This document shows, piece after piece, positions 28,054 through 37,808 of a DNA stretch of 64,000 nucleotides (positions within the stretch are counted from its first letter, which is position 1; each line of letters opens with the position of its first letter). The translations under genes were made by a program, and so were the position numbers. Origin of the DNA: a virus (Duplodnaviria; Caudoviricetes); the IMG/VR virus record IMGVR_UViG_3300009093_000043, positions 1 through 64,000 of that record; one strand, written 5' to 3'. A model generated the notes under the pieces. The model did not search any database and had not been told where the DNA came from. It worked only from the letters and a program-made list of their open reading frames with translations.

Positions 28054-28981
28054 CGACGGCGAGTACAAGAAGATCCTCCCTCGACTGAAGGCTCGACCCG
28101 CTCGGGCGAAGAAGATGAACGGGAGGAAGTCCTCCGTTCCGAAGTCCCCTTCCTTCATCCACTACAAGCGAAGGACTCCGATCCCCTTCGACCAGTTCCG
28201 ACTCCAGGGAGTGACGGCCCAGACGACCTACGCCTACGGGTTCGAGACGATCCCCGACACGCTCGATCAGAACGAGACGGAGGTCATGAGGGCGTACCAC
28301 CGGACCGTGATCCTCTCCCCCGACCACGGAGCGGAAGGTCTCGCGGACCGGCCGATCGGTGAGATCACCGCGATGGTCTACCAGACCTTCTGGTTGAAGC
28401 TCGTGAACGCAGGCGTCTCCGAGGTGTCGATTCGGAAGTACCAGGTCGAAGTGGCGAAGGTCTTCCGCTTCTTCAAGAACCTGGGCATCACCCACCCCTC
28501 GCTCGACCTGGTCCTCGACCTCAGGATGAAGGTCCCCTCGGGAAAGAAGGAGGTCGATCCGGAGATCCTCTCTCTCCTCGGCGCCTCGAACGACGTCCAC
28601 ACCGAGACCGCGTCGAAGATCTTCTCAACCCCTCCGAGCGAAGTCACTCCGGCTCAGCGCAAGTCGGCGATGACGGCGAACTTCGCGACGCTCTACGGTT
28701 CGGCTCGGCCCGAGGTGTCGACGGTGAAGAAGCGTCGGACCTCGAAGGAGCGCGCGATCGAGGAGAAGAAGATCCGCGTCGGGACTCGGATCCAGTACGT
28801 CCCGACCGGAGTCACCAACCGCGTCGCTCGGATCGAAGTCGAGAAGAAGCGCTACGGGGTGAAGGAGAAGATGATCTACTGGGACACCAGCCCCGGTCCG
28901 AACTGGACGGCTTCTCGAAGGAGCGTTCGCGTCGAATCGGTTCTCGGAAACCCCTCCACCTACAAGGTCCTCGACTCATGA
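28046..28981 (+). CDS. hypothetical protein carrying a DNA polymerase A finger (motif B)-like segment
   Basis: DVHTETASKIF.....VTPAQRKSAMTANFATLYG; no PolA motif A or C. Confidence 0.65.
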   Translation: MADDGEYKKILPRLKARPARAKKMNGRKSSVPKSPSFIHYKRRTPIPFDQFRLQGVTAQTTYAYGFETIPDTLDQNETEVMRAYHRTVILSPDHGAEGLADRPIGEITAMVYQTFWLKLVNAGVSEVSIRKYQVEVAKVFRFFKNLGITHPSLDLVLDLRMKVPSGKKEVDPEILSLLGASNDVHTETASKIFSTPPSEVTPAQRKSAMTANFATLYGSARPEVSTVKKRRTSKERAIEEKKIRVGTRIQYVPTGVTNRVARIEVEKKRYGVKEKMIYWDTSPGPNWTASRRSVRVESVLGNPSTYKVLDS

Positions 28982-29349
28982 TCCCTGACCGTGAAGTCGG
29001 AACGGTCTACCCGGGCCATCCTCTCACGATCGCTTCGTTCATCCTCCGGAAGTACGAGGGTCAACTGGACGTGGCGTTCGAGACTTCGAGCCATGGGTGG
29101 CCGAACGCTCTTTCTGATGGGGACATCCCCGGGGCCGGCGACGCCGTCTACTCGGCTCTCCAGCTCCTCAAGGAAGTCCGGGAAGGGGTCTTCACGCCGG
29201 ACGAGGCGGTGGAGGTCGCGATTGCTCGGTGGACGAAGGAACGGGAGACCTGCGGGTATCGAGATCGTCTCGAACCGGGGAACGAGGAAGCGCGTTCGCT
29301 CGCTCCCGATTTCGTCGATCTCGCCAAGCGCTGCCTCTCGCGGGCGTAA
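28978..29349 (+). CDS. hypothetical protein
   Basis: 123 aa; ATGA overlap. Confidence 0.65.
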   Translation: MIPDREVGTVYPGHPLTIASFILRKYEGQLDVAFETSSHGWPNALSDGDIPGAGDAVYSALQLLKEVREGVFTPDEAVEVAIARWTKERETCGYRDRLEPGNEEARSLAPDFVDLAKRCLSRA

Positions 29350-29357
29350 CGAGATCG

Positions 29358-29699
29358 ATGTCCAAGACCAAACAGAACCTCGACGACGAACTGACGAACG
29401 CCCTCCAGGAAGCCGAGGCCTGGCTGAAGGAGGCCTACCCGGCGACAGAGGGGTCAGTAACCCTTCCGAGCAACCTGGCGAACTCGCTCTGCTGGGAGAG
29501 CAAGCGCCTCTGGTTCTCGTCGAGCGTGACGGGGAAGATCCTCCTGGTCGAGACTTCGGAAGAGGTTCGGATCGCCGCCGCCTACGTCCTGAACGACCTC
29601 CGACTCATCCTCGACACGAAGTGGAGGGAGACCATCCACCGGTACGAGAAGGCGATCGAAGAGGCGACGAAGTTCGCGAGTTCCGCTCCGGGAGTGTAA
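29358..29699 (+). CDS. hypothetical protein
   Basis: ATG 29358 downstream of a GCGTAAC motif. Confidence 0.6.
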   Translation: MSKTKQNLDDELTNALQEAEAWLKEAYPATEGSVTLPSNLANSLCWESKRLWFSSSVTGKILLVETSEEVRIAAAYVLNDLRLILDTKWRETIHRYEKAIEEATKFASSAPGV

Positions 29700-29741
29700 G
29701 GTAGGTCCCCCCGGTCGTTAGACTCTCCGGAGGACCCATCG

Positions 29742-31259
29742 ATGAAGCTCGCTTCCGTCGCCCCGAACCTGAGACTCCTACAGCCGGCTCTCCCGCCGGC
29801 CCCGCCGAGTCTCCCCACCCGGAACAAGCGGGTCCTCTTCGTCACGAACCGGCCGGACGACTCGCTCCAGCGCGAGCTTTCCCACCTCTTCCAGACCTCG
29901 AAGCTCGAATTCGCGGTGATCGAGGGGCGCTCCCCCCGGACCGTCGATTCGATCTGCGTCGGGATCGAGTCGAACAGCTTCGACTACGTCCTCGCCGCCG
30001 TCGGGTTCATGGACCACTCGACCGACGGGCGCCTCTCCTCTTCGTGCCGGAAGGTCGAGACCCCCTACCTCCGGGTCCAAAAGGGCCGTCCGGCGGCATG
30101 CCTCCGGGCTTTCGAGAACTTCTTCCGGACCGAACTCGACAAGGGGAAGCTCCTCGAAGGGATGAAGGAGGCGAAAGCGCTCGCCTCTACGAAGCCCGAG
30201 GAGGCTTCGGCCGTCTCGGAGACGTCCTCGTCGGTCGAGGATTCGGAGAACGCCTCCGAGGACCGTCCGGAGGCCGCGACGGTGGCCGTCCCCGACCTCT
30301 CGTCGTTTGTCTTCCAGTCCAAGGGTCAGAAGTTCGAGGCCTGGTCGGCGGCCGAGGTCTACGCCCTCTACCTCATGAAGGCCGCGAAGACCTCGGCGAG
30401 CGACATCCAGGGGATCTTGCGGTCCGCGTTCAACACGAACCGGACCGAGAAGACGATCCACCAGACCTACTACAAATACTTCGTCTCCGAGAAGAGGGGC
30501 AACCTCCCGCCCGGGTACGAAGAACTGAAAGCGAAGGGTCTCTCTCTGAATGCGCTCCTCTCCTCGATCCCGGCCCCTCAGATCTCGACGTCCGCCGAGC
30601 CTGAGCTGGTCGAGACGAAGGCGGTTCCGAAGGCCCCGAGGCCTCCGAAGACGACCTCGGGGGAGAAGCCCGAGAAGCTGAACATCACCTACCGGACGGT
30701 CAGCACCCCCTTCCTGAAGGTCCTCTACCGCAACCGGGAGCGGGGTCCTCTCGGGACCGCGCCTGCGATGGTCGCGGCGCTGGTCGACATGGGTCTCGAC
30801 CCGGAACTCATGGGGCTCCTCCAGGTCCAGAACTGCTTCAGCAACGCCCGCTACGATCTGAAGATCCGAGGCCTCATCAAGAACGAGGGGATGAAGTGGT
30901 GGATCACGGAGGTGGGGGTGAAGGCGTTGGAGGAAGGGCGGATTCCGGAAGCGCCTCCCGTGAAGGTGGTCCTTCCGCCGTCGCCTCCGCCGGCTCCGAT
31001 CGTCGAGACCAAGGTGGAGGCCCCGCCGGTCGAGGTTGTCGAAGCTCCTCCCCCACCGCCGCCTCCTGCCTCTTCGCCGGTTCAGGCGATCGTCCCCGTC
31101 GCGCCGGCTCTGAAGGCGGCCCCGACGAAGATCGCGATCGAGATCATCTCCGACGGCGTGAAGATCGACTCGGTCATGATCACCGGTAGCTCGGGGAGCG
31201 GCGGCCTGATCGACACGAAGCGAAGCTTCGCCGAGATCCTCGCCTTCCTCTACGGCTGA
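29742..31259 (+). CDS. multidomain protein: DUF2325-like N-terminus, Mrr-N-like wHTH, Pro-rich linker
   Basis: VLFV...DYVL..VGFMDHS......C....PY..V (DUF2325-like); ARYDLK.RGLI....WWITE.G..AL (wHTH). Confidence 0.55.
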   Translation: MKLASVAPNLRLLQPALPPAPPSLPTRNKRVLFVTNRPDDSLQRELSHLFQTSKLEFAVIEGRSPRTVDSICVGIESNSFDYVLAAVGFMDHSTDGRLSSSCRKVETPYLRVQKGRPAACLRAFENFFRTELDKGKLLEGMKEAKALASTKPEEASAVSETSSSVEDSENASEDRPEAATVAVPDLSSFVFQSKGQKFEAWSAAEVYALYLMKAAKTSASDIQGILRSAFNTNRTEKTIHQTYYKYFVSEKRGNLPPGYEELKAKGLSLNALLSSIPAPQISTSAEPELVETKAVPKAPRPPKTTSGEKPEKLNITYRTVSTPFLKVLYRNRERGPLGTAPAMVAALVDMGLDPELMGLLQVQNCFSNARYDLKIRGLIKNEGMKWWITEVGVKALEEGRIPEAPPVKVVLPPSPPPAPIVETKVEAPPVEVVEAPPPPPPPASSPVQAIVPVAPALKAAPTKIAIEIISDGVKIDSVMITGSSGSGGLIDTKRSFAEILAFLYG

Positions 31260-31270
31260 AAGGGAGTCCC

Positions 31271-31489
31271 ATGCGGTTCTACGTTCTCGAAAGCCTCTCG
31301 ACGGGCGAGCGCTCGTACACCACGTACCCGAACAAGGACACGCGAGACCCGACGCTCATGAGAGACGGCTCGGTCGGGTACAAGCTCCTGAAGGAAGTCG
31401 GGAGCGACTACGAGGCCCAGGCCTTCCTCTTCGGGACGACCTTCGCCGATCGAGAGCGTGACCGCCGACGAGCCGAGGGCCACGAGTAG
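31271..31489 (+). CDS. hypothetical protein
   Basis: 72 aa; GGGAG Shine-Dalgarno. Confidence 0.6.
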   Translation: MRFYVLESLSTGERSYTTYPNKDTRDPTLMRDGSVGYKLLKEVGSDYEAQAFLFGTTFADRERDRRRAEGHE

Positions 31490-31497
31490 GTTTCCTC

Positions 31498-31800
31498 ATG
31501 GACTACCTGATCAAAACCCGGGAGTGGATCCCTCGCGAGGTCGCTCAATCTCGATTCGCAGTTCGTCGCGGAGGCACCCACTCTCGCGGTCGATACTCTC
31601 CGTGGCAAACCGTCGAGGTCTGTAAGACCTACGAGGAAGCTGTGGGGAAGATCGAGGCCTGGTTCCGAGCGACGGGCTACCCAGGGGTCTCTCGTCCTCG
31701 AATTCTCTTTCACGGGGGCGATCCCTTCGCCATCACCCCCGACGGAGTTCTCTCCGGGGACCGTGCCCGTTACTACTGGCTGAGTCGTCATCCTCCGTGA
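31498..31800 (+). CDS. hypothetical protein
   Basis: 100 aa, co-oriented with neighbours. Confidence 0.55.
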   Translation: MDYLIKTREWIPREVAQSRFAVRRGGTHSRGRYSPWQTVEVCKTYEEAVGKIEAWFRATGYPGVSRPRILFHGGDPFAITPDGVLSGDRARYYWLSRHPP

Positions 31801-31820
31801 GCGAGGGGGGTAAAGCGGGG

Positions 31821-32417
31821 ATGTGGTTCTTCTTCGAGGTCGAGACCGCGACCCATGCCGCCTTCTTCTTCGTGACCCGAGCGGGAGGTTCCCTCTCGGC
31901 GGAGAAGCTCGGTCAGCTCCTCTACTTGGCAGATCGAGAGTCCCTCATCCTGGCCGGGAACACGATCACGGAGAGTCACTTCGTGAACACGACGACGGGA
32001 CCGGCGCTCGAAGAGGTCTCGGAGCTTCTCCGGGGAGTCCGGACGGATCCGATCTGGACTGCTTCTCTCCGACGAAACGGAGACCTGATCGAAGCGATCG
32101 GCGAGGTCGACTTCAGCGACTCGATGCTTTCTCAGTTCGACCTCTCGATCCTCGATCGGATCGCCTACGGCCACGCCTCCCTAGACTCGAAGGCAATGCA
32201 CCAGATCTTCCGGTCTCTCCCCGAGTGGAGGACGCCCTGGTACGGAACGCTTCCCCTCGACCCGAAGGACATCCTTCGGGAAGCTGGACTCACCGAGGCC
32301 GAGATTCAAGCCTACGTGGAGCTGAACGCCGGACCTGCGGCCCTCAAGATGGCTGTTGGAAGGAACAGATTCCGAATGAACTTCGCGGGGCGATCCTCCT
32401 CGCGCTCCTCTTCCTGA
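31821..32417 (+). CDS. Panacea (SocA/DUF4065, GepA-like) antitoxin-domain protein
   Basis: A..FF....G.L...KL.QLLYLADRESL...G..IT...F.....GP....LS..DL.ILD.I...H.SLPEW. Confidence 0.8.
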   Translation: MWFFFEVETATHAAFFFVTRAGGSLSAEKLGQLLYLADRESLILAGNTITESHFVNTTTGPALEEVSELLRGVRTDPIWTASLRRNGDLIEAIGEVDFSDSMLSQFDLSILDRIAYGHASLDSKAMHQIFRSLPEWRTPWYGTLPLDPKDILREAGLTEAEIQAYVELNAGPAALKMAVGRNRFRMNFAGRSSSRSSS

Positions 32418-32517
32418 TGATGAGCGCCACGAGGAGTTCTCCGAACGTCTCGAAGATCGAGTCCCTCCTGACCGAGATTCGCGACCTACTCCAAAGGATC
32501 GAGAGGAAGAACAAGCC

Positions 32518-32883
32518 ATGAAGCTTCCCGTCACCTTCCGCGCGCTCGGGGCTTCGATCACGATCGAAGAGAAGAAGATCTCGGCCCTCGGCCAGTGGGA
32601 CGAGAGGACCGGTTCGATCGCCCTCAACCCAGACCAAGAGGAGATGGGGAAGTTCATCATCCTGATCCACGAGGCGATGCACGTCGTCGAGACGATGATG
32701 CTCCAGAACAAGTCGCTGAAGCGTCGGGTCAACCACGACTTCATCAGCGGTGCGGCCTACGGTCTCGCTGCGATCCTCGTGCACGCCGGAGCGGTCGAGG
32801 GCTTCACGGCGAAGGATTGGGAGAAGTGGAACAAGAAGAAGTGGAAGACCGACGAGAGCCCGAAGAAGCGTAGGCGATCATGA
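32518..32883 (+). CDS. small HExxH zinc-metallopeptidase-like protein
   Basis: GQWDE..G.I.LN.......LIHEAMH. Confidence 0.65.
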   Translation: MKLPVTFRALGASITIEEKKISALGQWDERTGSIALNPDQEEMGKFIILIHEAMHVVETMMLQNKSLKRRVNHDFISGAAYGLAAILVHAGAVEGFTAKDWEKWNKKKWKTDESPKKRRRS

Positions 32884-33197
32884 GTGAGTTCCCGGTCCGC
32901 TACACGAGTCCTCGCTACTACTGGTTGAACGTGGAGCCTCCCCCGAACCACCTTCGCCTTCGAAACGCCTCGGAAATTCAGAAGGGGGACCTCGTCCGTC
33001 TCAGAGGGTCCATCGATTGGACCGAGACCCTAGAGGTAGACCACTCCAGGAAGGCCCTGACTACGGGGTTTCATGGGTTTCGACGTACGGGCGGGTTCGT
33101 CGGGATCATCGACGCCTGTCGAAAGATCGGGGAAGATTCGATCCGCGTCAGACTGGATAAGTTCCTCAGGAAGATCTTCAAGAGGAAGACCTTCTAG
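32880..33197 (+). CDS. hypothetical protein
   Basis: 105 aa; ATGA overlap. Confidence 0.55.
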   Translation: MSEFPVRYTSPRYYWLNVEPPPNHLRLRNASEIQKGDLVRLRGSIDWTETLEVDHSRKALTTGFHGFRRTGGFVGIIDACRKIGEDSIRVRLDKFLRKIFKRKTF

Positions 33198-33198
33198 G

Positions 33199-36100
33199 TC
33201 AGCCCTTCGGATCGACCGTGAAGGTGAACTCGATCACTCCAGGCGTCAGGTACTCGGCGCTCGTGGGGTTGATGTCCTGGACACCGGTGACGAACCCGAC
33301 GATGTACGTCGCGAAGTAGTCGTGGTTCTGAGGCGCGTCTCCGATCGCGAGCGAGACCATGACACGGTTCGCCGTGATCTCGACTCGACGGGCGAGGCGC
33401 TCCGCAGCTGTGACGTACCCTTGCGAGGTGAGTGTCGCGTCGTCCGAGTAGCCGGGGATCACGAGACCTTCGGCGCCGATGATGAAGGAGACGCCGGCCG
33501 CGTTCTGTAGGCGCTCGGGGAGCGTCGACTGAAGCGTGAGGAGGTAGTCGTCCTGGTAGACGCCCTTGAACTGGCCGTCGGGTCCGCCGCCCGTCGTCGT
33601 AGCGGCGGTGAGGGTCTGGGTGAGGAGCCAGACGCTGACGGTCGCGTTCGACCAGTAGTCGATTCGAACCGAGTCCCCGAGCTGGGACGAGTTCAGCGAG
33701 TCCATCGCGACCTGGGACCCGAAGGACCGGGCCATCTTCGTCATCGGTAGGACGACGTAGGAGACGCCGGTCGTGTCGTCGATCGAGGCGACGACGTCCG
33801 ACTGGCGGAGCGGCGTCTTCATCCGGAGCTTCGAGAACAAGATCCCGAGGTTCGTCCGGATCGCATCGTCCACGACGTTCTGAACGAAGTTCTTCTTCAG
33901 GACGACGGTCGCGGTGATGTCGACGGGAACCGCGATCGCGGACTTCCCTAGGACGTCGGCGGTGGAGTGCTTCGTCGTGTCGATCGCCTGCTGAAGAGCG
34001 CTCGTCACGAGATTGATCTGGTACGTCACCACGAAGTTCTCGTCGTAGGAGTACGAGATCAGGATGCTCTCGCCGTCGGTGATCGCGCTCGAAGAGGTGC
34101 GCTGGATCCCGAGCGGGTTCGTCTGGTCCCCTTCGATGATCGTGTAGTCGGGCGAAGACGACGAGAACGGTCCGTTGTAGGTCACGGTCCCGTCAGCGTT
34201 CGTCACGACGACCGTGAGGGAGTCGGCCCCAAGCCGGAGAACGAACTCGGGGTAGGCCCCGACGATGACGTGGGGCTCGTCCGTGACCGAGAGGATCGCC
34301 CCCGTCGGGACGGCCGTCGCTGGGTCCGCGCTTCCGGTGATCTGGAGGTAGTCGCCCGCCTCCGTAGACCGCCCGAGGCCGAGGGGGCTGTTCGGGTGGA
34401 CGAGGGTGTAGACGTTCGTCTGAAGGGTCCCGGACGCCTCTCCGACGACCGAGGCCACGCTCTCGACAGGCTGGCGGGTGAAGGTGAACTTCTCCCCGGT
34501 CCGGTACCGGTAGTCCCCAAGGATCACGTCGGTGAGGGTTGGGGGAACCCACGGCTGGGGGACGGTGAGGTCGAGGGCGATCGTGTTGTAGTTCAGAATC
34601 GCGACGTTCGTCAGGTTGTAGCTGACCCCCGTCGTCGCGTTCCGAAGCCCGAGGCCGAGGCTCGGGTAGTTCAGCATCGCTGCGATCGGATTCGTCGGCG
34701 AGAGGTCGGAGTCGAGGGCTTGGAACTGGTAAGCTCCCGGGGCTCCTACGACGACGAACTGGACGTCACGCTTCCGGACGTAGGTGAAGGCGAAGGTGTC
34801 CGTGACGTTCGAGAGACGAACGCCCTGCTCCCAGACGTCGGTCTTCCCGCCGATGTGTCGTCCGAGGCTCGGGTCGAAGTCCCGCATCATGAGCGGGTTT
34901 CCGGCCTCGATGACCTGGGCCTGGATCACGCCCGGAACGCGAGCGGCCGTCTGGTAGTAGCCCTGGGTCGTTCCGGTATCGACTGCGGAGATCTCCCCGC
35001 GCGCGACTGCTGCCAGCTGAGCGTTCGTCTGGGAGTCGGTTCCGCCGAAGAAGGCCGCGTCGTTCGTCACCGAGAGACCGAACGGGGCTCCGGACGAGAT
35101 CTGACCCCGGCCCACGTTCCCGTTCGAGCCGGGGGTGACCGCTTGGGCCGGGACCGTGATGCTGTACTGGCCGGTCGAGGGGTTGTAGTAGGAGGCGAGG
35201 CGGGTGATGCTGATCTCGGCCGCTCGCGTCGTACGGAACTGGACTCCGTTCGGACCGGGGAGGAGAGTCCCGAGGAGGATCTGCCTCGTGGAGGTCGGAG
35301 TCGTGCTGGTGAAGAAGCGAAGCTCGCCGATCGCGCGCGCTCCCGTATCACGAGTCACCCCGAAGTTCGAGGCGACTTTGTCGAAGGCCCCATCAATCAC
35401 CGACTGGACCACCGCGACGTTCGAGAGGTAGAGGGCCTTTGCGAGCGCGATCTTGTAGGCGGAGGAAGCCGGAGGGATCGAAGCTCCGGTTCCGGTCGGG
35501 TCATCGATCGCGAGGAGGGTGTCGAAGGACGACGCCCGGTACATGAAGTCGAGGAGGAAGCGGATCCGCTCGGCCTCGGTCGAGAACGGATCGAGGAAGG
35601 TGTCACGAGTGATCGAACCGGGCTGGACGGCGATGTCCTTGTTGGCGCGGTTGATTGAGACGATCGCGTTCTCGACGATCTGCTGACGAGAGACCGAGGG
35701 GATCACGGCGATCCCCACCCGAACGTTGATCGGGCCCGCTACGACTTCGGCCGAGAAGCTCGACTCGAACTCGACCTGGGCGATCGGATCGAAGTAGAGA
35801 GCCGTGACGACGTAGTAGAGGGGCTCCGTGTCCGGAAGAACGGCGAAGGTTCCGTTCGGGATCGTCGAGGGGACACTGGAGAGATTCCCTCGACGATCGT
35901 GAAGGAACTCGAAGTAGGGGACCTGCTCGATCGAGGAGATCGTGACGTCGGTCTGGATGTTGGTGACGATCTCTGGGATCTCGACCGCGCTGTTCACGTC
36001 CGTTTCGAGCGTGTCCTGGTTGGAGTTCTCCTGAGAGATCACCGCTCGAACGAAGAGAGGATCTGCCGTCGCCGCGAGGTTCTTCGAGACGAGGTTGAAG

Positions 36101-36627
36101 AGCTGGACTGTGTTCTCGCGAATCACCGGCGTCGTCACCGGCTGGGCGTTCAGCTTCGAGTAGCCCGTAGCTCCGCCGCCCGGGCTCGCCGACGCGTAGA
36201 AGTTGTAGCCGGTGATGCGAGAGTCGGAGAGACCCTGCGCGATCACGTTCACCGTCCCGTCGTTCCTCTCGACCGTGATCGAGGTCGGCGGGTTCGCTCC
36301 GGGAACGGCGACCGAGAGGAGCAGGACGCGAGCGGTGACCGGGGCGCTCGGAGGGCCGACGAGAGGGATCGAACGGACCTGGACGTCGTTCTCGCCCGCG
36401 AACAGTTCGAGCCCGTTCGGGTACGAGGTCGGGTTCGGGACGATCCAGCCACTGGAGCTGAATGAGACGAGGGACGGGTCCGACGAGAAGGCGCCGCCGC
36501 GGATCGAGACTTCGAGGTCTGCGGTGTCAGAGTTGATCGTACCGGTGAAGAAGCGAGTAGTGGTGATCGTCGAGAAGACGGTCGAGTCCACCAACGTTCC
36601 ATCCGGCGAAGCGATTTTCAAAGTCAT
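33199..36627 (-). CDS. baseplate J-like wedge protein
   Basis: 1142 aa; PGSITRD.FLDP, A.NFGVTR..G..A.G...F, V..QA..PG.NGNV, GG.D..TN..L and GT..GY...A..VPGV motifs of Baseplate_J. Confidence 0.85.
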   Translation of the reverse strand: MTLKIASPDGTLVDSTVFSTITTTRFFTGTINSDTADLEVSIRGGAFSSDPSLVSFSSSGWIVPNPTSYPNGLELFAGENDVQVRSIPLVGPPSAPVTARVLLLSVAVPGANPPTSITVERNDGTVNVIAQGLSDSRITGYNFYASASPGGGATGYSKLNAQPVTTPVIRENTVQLFNLVSKNLAATADPLFVRAVISQENSNQDTLETDVNSAVEIPEIVTNIQTDVTISSIEQVPYFEFLHDRRGNLSSVPSTIPNGTFAVLPDTEPLYYVVTALYFDPIAQVEFESSFSAEVVAGPINVRVGIAVIPSVSRQQIVENAIVSINRANKDIAVQPGSITRDTFLDPFSTEAERIRFLLDFMYRASSFDTLLAIDDPTGTGASIPPASSAYKIALAKALYLSNVAVVQSVIDGAFDKVASNFGVTRDTGARAIGELRFFTSTTPTSTRQILLGTLLPGPNGVQFRTTRAAEISITRLASYYNPSTGQYSITVPAQAVTPGSNGNVGRGQISSGAPFGLSVTNDAAFFGGTDSQTNAQLAAVARGEISAVDTGTTQGYYQTAARVPGVIQAQVIEAGNPLMMRDFDPSLGRHIGGKTDVWEQGVRLSNVTDTFAFTYVRKRDVQFVVVGAPGAYQFQALDSDLSPTNPIAAMLNYPSLGLGLRNATTGVSYNLTNVAILNYNTIALDLTVPQPWVPPTLTDVILGDYRYRTGEKFTFTRQPVESVASVVGEASGTLQTNVYTLVHPNSPLGLGRSTEAGDYLQITGSADPATAVPTGAILSVTDEPHVIVGAYPEFVLRLGADSLTVVVTNADGTVTYNGPFSSSSPDYTIIEGDQTNPLGIQRTSSSAITDGESILISYSYDENFVVTYQINLVTSALQQAIDTTKHSTADVLGKSAIAVPVDITATVVLKKNFVQNVVDDAIRTNLGILFSKLRMKTPLRQSDVVASIDDTTGVSYVVLPMTKMARSFGSQVAMDSLNSSQLGDSVRIDYWSNATVSVWLLTQTLTAATTTGGGPDGQFKGVYQDDYLLTLQSTLPERLQNAAGVSFIIGAEGLVIPGYSDDATLTSQGYVTAAERLARRVEITANRVMVSLAIGDAPQNHDYFATYIVGFVTGVQDINPTSAEYLTPGVIEFTFTVDPKG

Positions 36628-37742
36628 CGGCCGAAGCTCCCGAGGGACAACCTATTCGTTCCCGGAAGCGCATAGGCTCCGGGAGCGGTGTAGACGATGG
36701 TGATGTTGATGGGCTCGAAGGAGTAGTTGCGAACGGTGACGTCCACAAGGAACACCGTCGGGTCCTGGGGCGAGGGACGAACCCCCACGTTGTCGATCGA
36801 GTAGAGGCGCTCCTTCGGGGAGATCCTCTGGTACTTGGACTGGAGCGCCTGCTGGTTCTGAAGGTTCGCGAGCGCCGTTCGAATCGACTGCTGGATGTCG
36901 TTCGCCGTAGAAGGGTTCGCCTTCGAGCCGATCGAGGAGGAGATCGCCGACCCATACCACGGGTAGTAGATGTTGGACTTCAGCTCGGTGAGGACGATCT
37001 TCAAGCACGACTGGTAGAGAAGGTTCTCGTCCTTCACCATGATCGTCTTCCCGAAGGCGTCGTAGCGGAAGTCGTTCTCGACCTCGGTCGCTCGGCACCT
37101 CAGGCACGTGTTCCAGAAGACCGTGTACGTTAGAGCGAAGTAGTAGTTGGGGCGGATCGGCCGCTCGAACCGGATCAGGTAGCCCTCGTCGAACGTCGCT
37201 TCCTCGTTGGAGACAACGATGTTGAAGAGGTTGAACGGGGGGAGGACGATCTGACCGACGGCCCCGACCTGGTCCAAGAACCCGAGCCCCTGGATCGCGT
37301 TCCCCGAGACCCGAATCTGAGACTCGGCGCCCGAGGCGAGGTTCTCGCTGAGGGAGAGAATCCCATTCGCGACCGAAGCGACGAGGTAGGGACGCTCGGT
37401 CGGATTCGCGACCGCCGTGTTGATGATCGAGGCAATCTGATTCGCCGTCTGGTACCCGCTCGGAAGAGTCAACGAGAGGGTCCGAGCCTGGGTCTTGATC
37501 GTGAGGTCGGCGAGTCCTGGGGAGACCAGGTAGGGTTGGGCCTTCGCCGACGATAGAACGGCCGAGGACTGGACTCCGCGCGTCGGGCTCACGACGTACT
37601 GATCGTTCGCGAGGAGCTTCAGGAGCCCCGTCCCGGCGATCGGCTTCTGAGTTTGGAGCGTCGTCCGGTCGGCGGACAGAGTAACCCGTTCCTCCCCGAT
37701 GACGTGGGGGCAGGTCCAGCCAAGTTGAAGATCGGTAGACAC
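36624..37742 (-). CDS. gp25/GPW-like baseplate protein with N-terminal extension
   Basis: C-terminal L.Q...KI.LT...SN.Y.PWYGS.I...IG...I..AL..L...ERL.SI..V......DP..F.V.V.V. Confidence 0.8.
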   Translation of the reverse strand: MSTDLQLGWTCPHVIGEERVTLSADRTTLQTQKPIAGTGLLKLLANDQYVVSPTRGVQSSAVLSSAKAQPYLVSPGLADLTIKTQARTLSLTLPSGYQTANQIASIINTAVANPTERPYLVASVANGILSLSENLASGAESQIRVSGNAIQGLGFLDQVGAVGQIVLPPFNLFNIVVSNEEATFDEGYLIRFERPIRPNYYFALTYTVFWNTCLRCRATEVENDFRYDAFGKTIMVKDENLLYQSCLKIVLTELKSNIYYPWYGSAISSSIGSKANPSTANDIQQSIRTALANLQNQQALQSKYQRISPKERLYSIDNVGVRPSPQDPTVFLVDVTVRNYSFEPINITIVYTAPGAYALPGTNRLSLGSFGR

Positions 37743-37808
37743 TTCCCCTTACTGTACGCATAGGTGAGGTACGGGAAATCGGTCGAGACTCTATTGGGAA
37801 GAGCAGGT

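Noticed and set aside
28046-28981. Calling this gene a DNA polymerase I
   Set aside because: Only a ~36-aa motif-B-like segment is present, with Lys replaced by Met; the palm catalytic motifs are absent.
30950-31110. CCG/CCT-rich repeat-like stretch
   Set aside because: It encodes a Pro-rich linker in the 505-aa protein and is not a DNA repeat element.
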